Below, one piece after another: positions 1-11,781 of a stretch of DNA of 64,000 bases. The stretch lies in contig CATNEN010000038.1 of assembly GCA_950097015.1 (NCBI GenBank), positions 6,076,001 to 6,140,000 of the forward strand, given 5' to 3'. The position numbers were made by a program, and so were the translations under genes. Within the stretch, counting starts at the first letter, position 1; each line of letters opens with the position of its first letter. The DNA comes from Macrostomum hystrix. Lineage: Eukaryota > Animalia > Platyhelminthes. Under the pieces are notes generated by a model. It made no database searches. It saw nothing but the letters and a program-made list of their open reading frames with translations, and was not told the DNA's origin.

Positions 1-439
1 TCTTTAATCAGTGATTACAAAAGGTATGCATTGTCTGTCTATTTTTTTGCTTCACAGAATTATGATCCTCTCTCGCACAAAGAAATAGAAATGCAAAATA
101 TCTCATAGATGTTATAGATCTTATGGATGCCATGATCAACACGCGCTACGCACGTACCCGCTCGGTCTTGCGAGAAGTATGCTTATTTAATAAGAAGGGA
201 GTCATTTTGTGTAACTCAGAAACTTTGCTATGGCCGCAGCATCAGCCGCAGCCGCTTTTCTGCCGGCTCACCTACCTCAGCAGCTGCTGCAGTGAAAGAG
301 CAAAAACGAGACTGATGTCGCTGACGTCCGACCCGCTCCGGTAGGTTAGTTGCCTAGAGTTGAGCATCTTGGTGCGGCCGGGTTGCCCCGACCATCCGGG
401 TCACCACGAACAAGCGATGCTCGTGAACGCGGTCCCCGT

Positions 440-1010
440 CAGAGGGCCGCGCAACCCTGTTGGGGTTCTACTCCACTCAGAGCGCCTTTTTCTCCTCGGA
501 CACGCACGAGGCTACCTGGCAGCCCTCTATTACCCTGAACGCGGAGGTCATGCCTTTCAATGACAGCCCGCGGTTCCTTGGAGTTTACCTCGACCGTTCT
601 CTGGCCTTCCAGAAGCAGGTTAACGAGGTCCGCCGTGCGGTCGGCAAATGGCGCCGCATGCTGGTGTGTCTGTCTGCGAGGGTGTGGGGCTGGCCTAAAG
701 AGGCTCTCCACTCCCGATGAGTGTCCTCCACTACGCTGCTCCGGCCTAGCAAACCTGGCTGGCCGACTGCGCAGTTGCTCGGCTGCAACGTGCGCAGAAC
801 AACGCGCTCCGCATTGTCATTGGACAGCTGCGTACCACGCCGACTCAGGCCCTTCATCGCGAGGCAGGAATTCGCACCGTCGCCACCACCAGGGACCAGC
901 TTTGCCTTGCCGTATACGAGAAAGCTTTGCGACTTTGCGACTTCCAGCTGATCACCCGCGGCGTATGACTGCCGTGCCTCTCGTCGTGCACCGCACTGAG
1001 AGGGGAAGTA
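440..1010 (+). mobile_element. Degenerate non-LTR retrotransposon (LINE, I/Ingi-like) fragment: RT thumb/connection region, frameshifted
   Basis: Translates as WQPSITLNAEVMPFNDSPRFLGVYLDRSLAFQKQV...LSARVWGW, then in another frame RLQRAQNNALRIVIGQLRTTPTQALHREAG. These match the typical LINE 'FLGVxLD.xLxF' and 'QN.ALR.ItG..rtTP.eal..EaG' motifs. Stops and frameshifts present. Confidence 0.8.
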
Positions 1011-1400
1011 TTGGCTGCTCAAAATGCTCAGCGTATAGTTACAATGCAGCAGCAACCGCCACAGTTACTGTATCATCATCAGCAACAACAACAACAACAG
1101 CAGCAGCAACAACAGCAGCAACAACAGCAGCAATCGGATCCGTGCGTGGGCAATTCTCCATTCGCTTCTTTTCGTCGCTGGCCTTTCGAATATGACAATT
1201 TCATGACCCGGCGCGACAAAGACTCCATCATTGGCATCCAATGCCGGGTGCTAGAGAGAGAGATGGAACATCCGGTTACCTCCGATTATCTGGCGACTAG
1301 AGCAGGTGAATTCTCTTAACAGTAGGACTACCAAGCCATTTTGCCGCCCGCTTTTATGCCAAGAGGGAATTTCTCCCCCCCCCCCTGCATTTTTTTCAAG
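1011..1400 (+). pseudogene. Duplicated fragment of the PAT1 gene (end of exon 1 plus start of intron 1)
   Basis: Near-identical to about 22591-22995 (AAQNAQRIVTMQQQPPQL...WPFEYDNFMTRRDKDSIIGIQCRVLEREME). Continues through the cag|gtgaattctcttaacagtag donor into intron sequence and carries two small deletions. Confidence 0.9.
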
Positions 1401-2286
1401 CACGCTGCACAAGACAGGAACGGAGAGATATTATCGGTTGGGCTCTGGGGAGCAGGACCGGCGCTACTGTAGAAGCGAAGGCAGGAAATGATCTGCTTAA
1501 AACAATCACGCGAGAGTGAGTGCAGCTGAGCCAAAAAGGGCAGTGAACCACGGGATCTTTTGTCCAGTAGGAACTAATCTCAGGCTTGCCATCAGCGCCC
1601 CCAGCGTGCCAGCAGCTTCCTCACCTCATCCAAACAACAAACTTTCCATCTACACACCACCTTTGGCAGCTCATCGACGGACCTCGCAGGTCCCAGCAAC
1701 AGAGAACAAATGCCCCCCAGCAACAGAGAATTAATGCCCCAGCAATGGTGAACTAATGCCCCCCCAGCAACAGACAATTATAGGTAATAAGCTATAGTAG
1801 TAAACTTAGACCTTTGCTCTGAGGTAAACGCGAAGCTCGTCAAACTCAAGTTGCAAAGAGAAAAAAAAAACTTTTTCTTAACACGCTCGTAGTGTATTTT
1901 TCTGGTAGTCAAAGCTTTTTTGTCTATGGCTTTTTGGGTTGACTGCGCAGCTCGATACTCGAGTGCTATTTATAGTCAATGCATTAAATGCTATCAAAGT
2001 TTGTCTGTGGCATTTTTATTTTGTTCACAGCTCGACTGTAAGTAAAACAAGGACTATCTGCTGAAACAGTGGTATAAGCAACTTTCTTAGATGTGGCAGC
2101 TGTCTATGGCCGTTCTCGGCATGGCCGTCGGTACAGTAAAAGTAAAACTGCAATCACTACAAAGTTAACTACGAAGTTAAGAGGTAAATTAAATTTCATT
2201 AGAAAACAGCCTTCTAGTCTTCTTAACTGTCGAAATATAGAAACGCAATTATTTGTAGAAACTTTTTTCGCAACGCCCTGAAAACT

Positions 2287-2826
2287 ATGAAAACGAGGTT
2301 GTACCTGACTCCCAGCCTGCTGGTACTTCTCTACCTGCTGACTGGCTTCGAGCCCTGCATTGGAGCAGAGTGTCTGCCGCAGTCGAAAAGAATTGAGCCA
2401 ATTGAGTTTGGCTCCGCCGACGAAGTTCAAGCGAACGGTCAATACAATTCTTTTTTTCGATGCAAAGTATTTGCAGCCTTTTTTGCCAATCCAAGCCAAG
2501 CGAATGGAGTATTGTACCGAGTGGAATACGAACTGACGTTCACAAATGGGACTTCAATCGACATTCATCCATGCCGCTGGCAGGATGTAAGCATCCCGGT
2601 TGGAGAGAGCAGGACCTTCGACTGCAGTTCCGAGCTCGTGCTCAACAGCCAAATCAAGGCGTACGGCGCTTGGCTCACGTGCCGAGCTCGAGCCAGATGC
2701 GACATCTCTGGGGCGCGGTACAACTCAAAGGAAGTCTCTGTAACTCTAGTATTTCCGGATAAGGTAGCAGAAGGCGTTACTGAATCATCCAAACAACAAA
2801 CAGAAGAGAAACCACTGAAGCCGTGA
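2287..2826 (+). CDS. Internally deleted paralog of the 10156-11781 secreted protein (signal peptide joined to the mid domain; EGF and D8C regions lost); may be a pseudogene
   Basis: Shares the MKTRxYLTPSLLVLLY signal peptide, which joins directly to TGFEPCIGAECLPQ...YRVEYELT...CRARARC. Upstream 1954-2286 is homologous to 6090-6216 plus 9943-10155. Confidence 0.7.
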   Translation: MKTRLYLTPSLLVLLYLLTGFEPCIGAECLPQSKRIEPIEFGSADEVQANGQYNSFFRCKVFAAFFANPSQANGVLYRVEYELTFTNGTSIDIHPCRWQDVSIPVGESRTFDCSSELVLNSQIKAYGAWLTCRARARCDISGARYNSKEVSVTLVFPDKVAEGVTESSKQQTEEKPLKP

Positions 2827-3141
2827 CTACTTTATTTTGCAAGAATCCGCTCCCGTCTCCAAACTAAACATTTAGGGAAAAATGTATTAAATTTAAATTT
2901 TTCATTTAAAATGAGAATTAATCGCTATGAAATAGCACCCTGTCTGTCACAACGAATGAACAAATAAACAGTCTACCTGGAGCAAACAGCTCATCAGAAA
3001 CCTTTAAATGCGATTAATTAAATAGGAAAAAATCTACTTAATTAGAAAAGTGTTTGTTTTGGCTCTTTTAAAAAGCATGATTATTTGTCAGCAAAGTAAA
3101 ACATTTTTTATACTCATTAACGATGGATTCGATATCTAGCT

Positions 3142-3685
3142 CATTCAGTGTGAAACCTTCTTAAGTATGAAACGTCGTTTAGTGTGGAACCTCCTTCCAT
3201 GTGACACCTCCTTCAGTGTGAAACCTCCTTCAGTGTGAAACCTCCTTCAGTGTGAAACCTCATTTAAGTGTGAAATCTCCTTCAGTGTGACACCTAATTC
3301 AGTGTGAAACCTCCTTCAGTGTGAAACCTCTTTCAGTGTGACACCTCCTTCTGTGTGAAATCTTTTTCAGTGTGAAACCTCCTTCTGTGTGACACCTCTT
3401 TCAGTGTGACACCTCCTTCTGTGTGAAATCTTTTTCAGTGTGAAACCTCCTTCAGTGTGAAACCTCCTTCAGTGTGAAACCTCCTTCAGTGTGAAACCTC
3501 CTTCAGTGTGAAACCTCATTTAAGTGTGAAATCTCCTTCAGTGTGACACCTAATTCAGTGTGAAACCTCCTTCAGTGTGAAACATCCTTCAGTGTGAAAC
3601 CTCTTTCAGTGTGACACCTCCTTCTGTGTGAAATCTTTTTCAGTGTGAAACATCCTTCAGTGTGAAACATCCTTTAGTGTGAAAC
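3142..3685. repeat. 17-bp minisatellite (cttcagtgtgaaacctc)n
   Basis: Direct tandem copies visible, with point variants. Confidence 0.95.
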
Positions 3686-4976
3686 TGTTTGTCTCTGCAG
3701 TTCTCAACTTTCCGGCTATTGTATCATAACAAAAAGCATTACTAAAAGATCCAAATAACAAACAGAAGAACGTAAAAAGGCTATTTTCTTGCAAGTGTTT
3801 ATTTATAATATGCGAAAAGGTAAATTTGGTGATGAAATGTTCCTTTCGGCTTATATAATGCTCAGTGTAAGACAGAAAATCAGCGCATCTTTATTTTTGG
3901 AAAAAGATTCGTCGACTGAGTCGAACAACAAAAGTGTGGCTGTAACAGAGTTCGCGTTGTCAACAGGACGCATGCAAATCTTATATATATATTTGCTATG
4001 GCATTTAGCTTATTTATGCTTAACCCCGGTATTTGTGAGCCTCCAACGTTGACAATAAGTAAATGCAGATTTTTAGGAATTCGAAATGGAACTAACAATG
4101 AAATAGACCTAGATTGACAACTTTTTCTTGCTTCTTTCAAAAAGCAGAACATTTGCCAGCAAAGTAAGACATTTTATTACTCATTAATGATGGATTCTAC
4201 ACCAAGCCAAATAACAAACCAGTGTAATTTTGTCGCTAAAAATGGTCGAAATTTCGAATAAAATAGAACGATATATAAAAGTATTTTTAGGTGGCAAAAC
4301 ATAGTGTTGCACACTGATCCTAAAATCACTAGATGTGTAAACTCAAGAGAGATTAGACGGGATACAGGCGCTACGCGCTGTAGCGTTTTACCTCGTTTCA
4401 GCCCTCTGCAGCCTATTAATATTGGTAACGTGTCTCACGATTTCGTGGGCAAGACGGACTATGAAATTGCCAGTGAGTTGCCCTCAGATTTTGTCTACGG
4501 CATGAACGTAAAAATTAACGCATGAAATTTAGCATTTTTTACACATTTAGCTTAAAAAGTACATTGTAAAACATTAAAAGTACAAACGACTGCATATGTC
4601 ACGGATACCTAGCGTGTGCAAAGGGTTCATGTGACCTGCTGATAAGTTCCTTTTAGACTCTGCGTTCTAAATTCCACTAAATAAAGAAACTAAGTCGGAT
4701 GCCGTCCTTTTCCAGTACAGGGGTAGGCTTGTTGTCGTTTGGGTCGCATGGTTTCCTCGTTGGGCCTTTGCTTGATGTTGCTAGCCTCTGAAGTCTCGAT
4801 GACGACCGTACGCTTTGAGGAGGAGGCCTCAGTCTGCGACACAGTTCCGTGGAGAGCACTTGTAAGAGAATTTCAAGTTGGCTGTTTCCTCATCTCAGAA
4901 ATCATTTTCACATTGCGTTTATCTGCAGCATCAGTGCGATGCCCTGGTAAAATGGGAGGGGCGAAGTACTGAACTG

Positions 4977-5966
4977 TTATTTAATGGGCGCAGGTGGTAC
5001 ACAAGCACTTGGATGATTAGCATAATGGGAGATACCTGTAATAGTCTTGATTTCCCTCACACTGTGCCCAGCTTCTGCCAAGTTGGTTACAACAATGGCA
5101 CGAAAGAGGTGGTTCGTGTGCTCGTTCTGAAGACCTGCACGCCGTGAGATGTTCTTCATCATGTCATGTAGCGTGTTCTTCCGCGGAACCTGCTTGGCCG
5201 AGTACAGGACGTCAGAATCAGCACAAACCTTTTTGGGCTTCGGAAACAGTGCCTCACACCGAGTGGGAATTTGGCGAGATACAGCTGCACTGCCTCAACT
5301 GAGCCACCCGTACTGAACATCCTCGTTTGCTTTTCGGTTGAACATTGCTCAATACTTGCCGCCGTCAAAGTCTTCTCAGGAACCGTTTGAAGCATGTCGA
5401 TGCACTCCACACCGTCATGTTCACAGAACGGCAGTGAGGATACCCTCAGGTCCCTTATCCATTCACGACCTCGGAAGCCAAAGTGATAAATGATGCTAAA
5501 AAACTTTGCCTTGCAGTCGCTCCGGGTCCCACATTCAGCAGTGACAAGTCGGAATCCGTGATGGCCTTGAACCCTCGTCTCCAACTGTTCGCTCCCTCAA
5601 CTGGCAACTCAAACGCAGGACTCACGAGTATGTTTCATTGCTCAGGCGAAATTGCTCATTCCCAATGACGTCAGTCGCACTTGAGTCTCAATCATGTACC
5701 TGTGCACACTAGCTCGGAAGCCCCGGATCGTATCTGGTGAATATGTCTTTGTCCCTACGGCAGGTTTTCCTTTTCAAATAGCTGTCGACATAACGCATCG
5801 GAATGCGTTCAATGTCCTCAGGCAGTTTCTTCTCGCGGAGGAACTTCTCAAGTCGTTCAATGCGGTTCTGAGTAGTAGCCAATGTCGAAGGCGATGCCTC
5901 GGTGTTCTTAATGTCTTCAAGTTCCCTCGCATCCAAGTCGCGTAGGCGAACACACCGGATCAACAC
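4977..5966 (-). mobile_element. Decayed Crypton-type DNA transposon tyrosine recombinase (DUF3504-like), several frameshifts
   Basis: Collinear minus-strand fragments: ELEDIKNTEASPSTLATTQNRIERLEKFL; YHFGFRGREWIRDL (catalytic R box); KNTLHDMMKNISRRAGLQNEHTNHLFRAIVVTNLAEAGHSVREIKTITG.ISHY (HxxR and Tyr boxes; the H after G appears deleted). Confidence 0.75.
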
Positions 5967-6216
5967 CGGAATTCAGGAATTCTTCGAGTTATAATGCAAT
6001 ATGCGAATGGATTATTGAACATAATTGAGATAATTATGAACACATGAACACACCAAAAGCACATGTGCGCCTTACACAAACGTAAGATAGATACTCGAGT
6101 TCTATTTATAGTTGATGCATTAAATGCTATCAAAGTTTGTCTGTGGAATTTTTATTTTGTTCACAGCTCGAGACTGAAAGTAAAACAAGGACTATCTGCT
6201 GAAACAGTGATATAAG

Positions 6217-9200
6217 CAAGGACTTCTATATAATAGCATCTGGACTGGAAACGAGAAATAAATTTCACAATTATTTTACCACATGAGGCCAATGTTTAGC
6301 CGAGCACAGCGGCTCTCCAGAGAAACATATCTACTTAAGCCGTCACACATCTCAAGGCGCCTACATTCCAGGCATGCACATTGAATTTGGTGGAAATCCT
6401 ATGTTGTGGAGAGAAATGGAGTCTACTTTTTTCGGAGAAGCATTTCCAATTGATTTCAATGGCGTTTCAAATTGGCATTCCATCGGTCCCCAGCTGTTCA
6501 CCATAGACACTTGTTCCAGAACTGCCACGACTTATGGCCACGTAGTGGCACTAATTTGAATTGGATCAGATTTCCTATTTGTTTCATTTCATACTCAACG
6601 CAGTTTCCTCAGTTTTCTTTGCCAAGGATTTCTGCGCCATAAAAGCATATCCTTCACTATGGTGAACAAGTGTTCCGCATTCGGTTGCAAGAGCGGCTTC
6701 GCTAATAGTTCAACGCCAGGTACTGTGACATTTCATTGCTATCCACTCAACAACCCGAGTCTATTGAAAAAATGGAATAAAGCAAATCCGAGGAAGGCGT
6801 TTCAGCCCACGAAGTATTCTCGTATCTGCTCGCTTCATTTCACCACTGAGGACTTCGTCGAAACAACTCGAGATAGCAATATCACTCGCAGAGAGAAGAA
6901 AGGCCAGCTGACCAATCGTTATCTGAGGCAAGATGCAGTGCCAACTATCTTTCTTAATGCACCTGCATACCTTTCTTCTGTCCGGCAAGCAGCTCGGAGC
7001 ACATGCTCTGCGACATCATCTGCGCGTCTGGAGGCTGAAAACATGCGTCTCAATGATCAAATCGCCGACTTCTTTGCCAAAGATTCAATTCTCAGTTGCT
7101 CGCCACGAGAAATTCAAGAATTGCTCGAATCAGAGGAAACGAGACCAGATGGCTTTCAAACTGCAATTTGCAACGAGTTCCTATGCATCTTCATGCTGGA
7201 GGTAAAGCATGTCTGCCAGGTTGCGTGCTCCATCTGCATTGGACCGAATCACAAAGTCTCCGTTGGTCTGAATGGCACAGCACTGTTACAAGACCAGGTG
7301 GTAAAATTGGTTGGCACGGATGGAAAAGTTTCTTCCATCAGTGAAGTTGTGAATTTGATGGCTCGAGTCAAGAACTTGAAAGAAGGTCTTGAACGCGCTG
7401 AGCAGCAGATGTTGCCTGATGCTGTTGTTAAGAAGCATTTCGATCACTTCATAGACATGGCCCACAACAATCTGACAAGTGCTCTAGAGCAAAAGGAAGA
7501 CAGGTCGGTGACTTTTATTCGAGAGCAGCTGCAGTTGAGCTGTGAGCCAAAGACATCGAGGAGATACTCTCAACAGCTGATGGTCTTGTGCTACATGATT
7601 TATTCAGTAAGTGCTGCAGCTTACGGGCTTCTACGTGAGCAAGAGATTCTCTGCCTGCCATCAGAGCGAACTCTGCGATCAGTCACTAGGAGAATTGGAA
7701 AGGATGGATTGGATTCTCAGAGTTACCTTCGGCTGCGAGCGTCCAAGCTGACACAGATGGAGCGAGTTGTGGTGCTGATCATTGATGAGATCTATGTGGC
7801 CAATCGAATTGAGTACTGTGGAGGCCATGTGAGTGGATTGGACAATGATGGAGTGGTTGCTTCAACCTACTGTTGCTTCTTGATAAAGTCAATTGCAGGC
7901 AAGTACAAGGACATGGTGTCCATGTTTCCTGTGGCAAAGCTGACAGCACAGAAGCTCAGTCACTGGTTCCAGGATGTCATGGATTTGCTGCGTAGCCTGC
8001 AGTTCTCCGTCATTGCAATATCCGTTGATAATGCACCAGTTAACAGAAAGTTCGTCGCCGATTTTCTGTGCGATGGAGACTTGAAGGAGTCAATTACTGA
8101 CAAGGTCACAGGGCAGCCTATCTTCATTGTGATTGATCCCGTGCACAACCTCAAGAACATATACAACAACTTCCAGACACGGAAATCATTTCGCTGCCCA
8201 GCATTCCCACCAGTTTTGATAGAAGCCTGCGACGCTCACTTTTGTCACATCGGTGAGCTGTTCAATGCTGAAGCCAACAAGCCGGTGAGACTTGCTCACA
8301 AGCTCAGCCCTGCTGTGCTGAACCCTAAAAATATCGAGAAGTCGTCAGTAAAGCTGGCAGTGGCAGTATTCTGTGATTCAACTCGAGATGCACTCAAATA
8401 CTACACTGCACATGAGAATAAGAACTGGAGTGGCACCGCAAGATTTTTCAGTTTGATTCTGAAGCTCTGGAAAGTTCTCAACGTCAAGACACCATCAAAG
8501 GGACTTCGAAAGCGTGACATTGCGCAGGATCCAGTGCGCTCGTCGCTTGACTGGAAGCTGGGATTTCTTGATGAGTTCAGTTGTTTTCTAAAGGTAAGTC
8601 TTAAATTAACTATTATCTTTAATTATTGTTACCAGTGGCATGGATAAGTTAAATTATTCATGCACAAACAATTTGCAGTTGTGGCAGTCCTCTGGAGACT
8701 ATGGCTTGTCAAAAGAGACCTTTTTGGCATGCCGGATTACCTGCCGATCCATCGCTGCCTGTGCGAGACATCTGCTGGATCACGAAGGATTCTCCTATGT
8801 ACTTCTTGGCTCACTCCAGTCCGACAGCATTGAACGCCGATTCGGCTGGCTCCGTCAGATGTCCGGAGCCAACTACTTCATTTCTGCAAGGCAGCTAACT
8901 GAAAACAGTCGCAAAATTGCTGCGATCAGTCTGCTGAAGTTTTCTCAGCTGTCACTGGCCGATATTGACAATGCCATTGAGTCAATCTGCGCCAAGGATC
9001 AGTGCGTGAAGGAACTGGCGCGAGAGTTTGCAAGCAAGATGGAGATGAATATCCAGCCATTGAGCTCTGACTGCACCATCATCTACTATATAAGTGGAGC
9101 AGTCGCTAAGAAATTCGTGCAAAGAAAGCGCGGGTGCGCATCTTGCCGCGAACTTCTGCTTGGCTCTGACGATCTGCCGCCTCTTGAGACTGATGGCGGG

Positions 9201-9934
9201 ATTCAGGCCACGCCATCGTCTTCTTGGAGGAGATCAACCGGGGTGGCCTGTCCAAGCCGTCTGATATCGCTTTTGGGCTGGCCAGACACTGCTGGCAGGT
9301 GTTCGAGGAGATCCGGCAGAGCAATGAACTGCGCAGATGGCTGCTGCATGCTCCCAACCAGATGCAGCTGTTCTGTCACATTGTCGATGAGATGATGGAT
9401 GACAGCAACTATCTGGAACATTTCATGGGTCAGACGATGTGCACGGATGGCCATGATGTGAAAGAAGGAATCGTCTGTGCATTTTTCAACTGCATGATGA
9501 AAAATCTAGTCAAGGACGTTTCGGTTAGTGGAGCTGGGGCTCGAAGTAAGCGAAAGTCGGCCAAACTTTCCAGTGCCAGAACAGACAAGTAACTTTTATT
9601 TGATGCCAATACGAATCTGTGAACACTCTTCTTCAAGTTCTACGTTACCATTGCCTACGTGTTTTGTTTGTTACCGATTGTTTGAAGCACACCTGCATAT
9701 GCGTTAATCCATTTGAATTTGCGTTGCTGCTTTAAGGTACTCGTAAACAAATTAATAATCTGAAGAAAGGAACTAGCCAGTTAACATTACATCTCTGGAT
9801 TTCCGACATTTGAATTTCCGATCTTGCATTTCCCAATTTGACAGATTCCATAGAAAGCAGGGGAAAAACTGGCCTCATGAGGTAATGGGTATTTCTTCGC
9901 TTCCAGTCCAGATGCTATTATATAGAAGTCCTTG
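6217..9934 (+). mobile_element. P-element superfamily (THAP-domain) DNA transposon, full length, 3718 bp
   Basis: Perfect 34-bp TIRs (caaggacttctatataatagcatctggactggaa at 6217-6250, reverse complement at 9901-9934). 8-bp TSD gatataag at 6209-6216 and 9935-9942. Imperfect subterminal inverted repeats (ttacc.catgaggcca). Empty site in the paralog at about 2071-2095. Confidence 0.95.
6659..9592 (+). CDS. P-element/THAP9-like transposase. Exons 6659-8593 and 8679-9592, with a 1-nt frameshift near 9198-9200
   Basis: THAP zinc finger (CSAFGC...FHCYP...W...ICSLHF...AVPTIF), LPSERTL, catalytic IIDEIY, SVDN, DPVHNLKN and QSDSIERRFG. Phase-0 intron AAG|gtaagt...ttgcag|TTG. The C-terminal EEINRGGLSKPS is in a shifted frame. 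Confidence 0.9.
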
Positions 9935-10155
9935 GATATAAGCAACAAATACTTTCATAGATGTGGCAGCTGTCTATGGCTGTTCTCGGCCTGGCCGTCG
10001 GTGCAGTAAAACTGCAGTGAAGATCACTAGAAAGTTAACTACGAAGCTAAGAGGTAAATTAAACTTCATTAGAAAACAGCCTTCTAGTCTTATTAACTGT
10101 CGAAGTATAGAAACTCACTTATCTGTAGAAACTATTTCGCAACGCCTGAAAAAAT

Positions 10156-11781
10156 ATGAAAACGAGGTTTTACCTGACTCCCAGCCTGCTGGTACTTCTC
10201 TACTCGTTGACTTGGCCAGCGACAAACGGGTTGCTGACCTGCCAAAATGGCGGCACATTTGATGACGTCCGATACGAATGCATCTGCACGCCAAACTATT
10301 ACGGCAGGTTGTGCGAAACGGCATTCTCTCTGTCTGATCCATGCGCCAATTGGAGTTCAGTGCCAGTCCTGCGCGATGAGCACGCTGTACATCGGCTGGG
10401 CAACAATGTGACCTGTGGTGAGTCGCTTGACCAACCCTGCGTTGATTTCTCCGTCATTCATGCTGGCTGGTATCGCCTGGTGTCTCCCGCGGGTGGCGAG
10501 TTGATCATCGGCACACCAACTGGTAACGTGGCGTGCGGTAGCAAGATGCCTTACTTCCTTCTCAACCAGACCGTTCAGCAGGAAGACAATGCTAACCGGA
10601 TACTGTCCAGAGCCCGAGCTTATCGGTACAGGCCTGGCTTCTCTGGAGGCTACTTACCAGACGACACCAGCTATCCAGTGCGCATTTTAAAGTGCTTTTC
10701 GGCGCTCACCCTGTACTACCTCCAGCCGCTGCCGAGTTCTCAAAGTCACTACTGCATTGGTAACAAGCAGCTCTGTGCTATTGGTCTAACTTCTGTTGAC
10801 GGAACTGGCTTCGAGCCCTGCATTGGAGCAGAGTGTCTGCCGCAGTTGATGAACAATGTTGCGTCACCTCAGCTTCGCTTGGACTACGAAGTTCAAACGA
10901 ATGGTCGATACAGATCATTTTTTCGATGCAACGTATTTGCAGCCTTTCATATCAATGCAAGCCAAGCGAATGGAGTATTGTACCGAGTGGAATACGAACT
11001 GACGCTCAGAAATGGGACTTCAATCGACATTCATCGATGCCGCAGGCAGGATGTAAGCATCCGGGTTGGAGAGAACAGGACCTTCGAGTGCAGTTCCGAT
11101 TTCGTGCTCACCAGCCAAATCAATTTGTACGGCGGTTCCCTCATCTGCCGAGCTCGAGCCAGATGCGCTGACGCTGCGGCGCGGTACAACTCAATGTCTG
11201 TCGTCTCAAACGTTCACGGATTTTTTTTTCGCCACTGGTTTCAGGGTGGGAGCGACATCATTAAGCCGGGCACTCCAGCGACACTGTGCATCGACTCAGA
11301 GAACATCCCAGTCCTGAAGGAGGTAACTTTTTGCTTCTCGGTAGGAAGTCAGCAGATTATGGTTACTGATCGCATTAACGTGTCTGTCGTCAGGCGCGAT
11401 AGAAACGAAAGCCTGAACTGCGGATTCAAAATGATGAACAGCAGGTATAAAGAGAAGAGAATTTGTCAAGACATTGTGCTGCACAATCAAGACCCCGACA
11501 ATCGAATCCCTTATCAATCAATTGTTAAAATAAACATATCATTTTCTTCGAATTCCGACGGACTTGTCACAAGGCTGAGTAACGGATCTATGTTTACTCA
11601 AAAAATTCAAAGCATTGAGATGAAAGTTGACAAGTCAAGCCTGCAATCCGAGAAAGTCACTTATTTGCCGAAGCATGCCACGAGACTGAAAACTGCGCGG
11701 CAGCTGACACTGATTGCTTTGGCTCTGTTGGTTCTTGAGCTGAGCTTGCATGAGATGAGCTTGTTTTGTGAAAGCGCTTAA
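10156..11781 (+). CDS. Secreted or membrane-anchored protein: signal peptide, EGF domain, UMOD/GP2/OIT3-type D8C-like domain (VWDE-like N-terminus), hydrophobic C-terminus; single ORF of 541 aa
   Basis: CQNGGTF...CICTPNYYGRLCE (EGF-like); DPCANWS...GWYRL...CGSKMPYFL...LYYLQP...YC (D8C-like); C-terminal LTLIALALLVLELSL. Confidence 0.75.
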   Translation: MKTRFYLTPSLLVLLYSLTWPATNGLLTCQNGGTFDDVRYECICTPNYYGRLCETAFSLSDPCANWSSVPVLRDEHAVHRLGNNVTCGESLDQPCVDFSVIHAGWYRLVSPAGGELIIGTPTGNVACGSKMPYFLLNQTVQQEDNANRILSRARAYRYRPGFSGGYLPDDTSYPVRILKCFSALTLYYLQPLPSSQSHYCIGNKQLCAIGLTSVDGTGFEPCIGAECLPQLMNNVASPQLRLDYEVQTNGRYRSFFRCNVFAAFHINASQANGVLYRVEYELTLRNGTSIDIHRCRRQDVSIRVGENRTFECSSDFVLTSQINLYGGSLICRARARCADAAARYNSMSVVSNVHGFFFRHWFQGGSDIIKPGTPATLCIDSENIPVLKEVTFCFSVGSQQIMVTDRINVSVVRRDRNESLNCGFKMMNSRYKEKRICQDIVLHNQDPDNRIPYQSIVKINISFSSNSDGLVTRLSNGSMFTQKIQSIEMKVDKSSLQSEKVTYLPKHATRLKTARQLTLIALALLVLELSLHEMSLFCESA

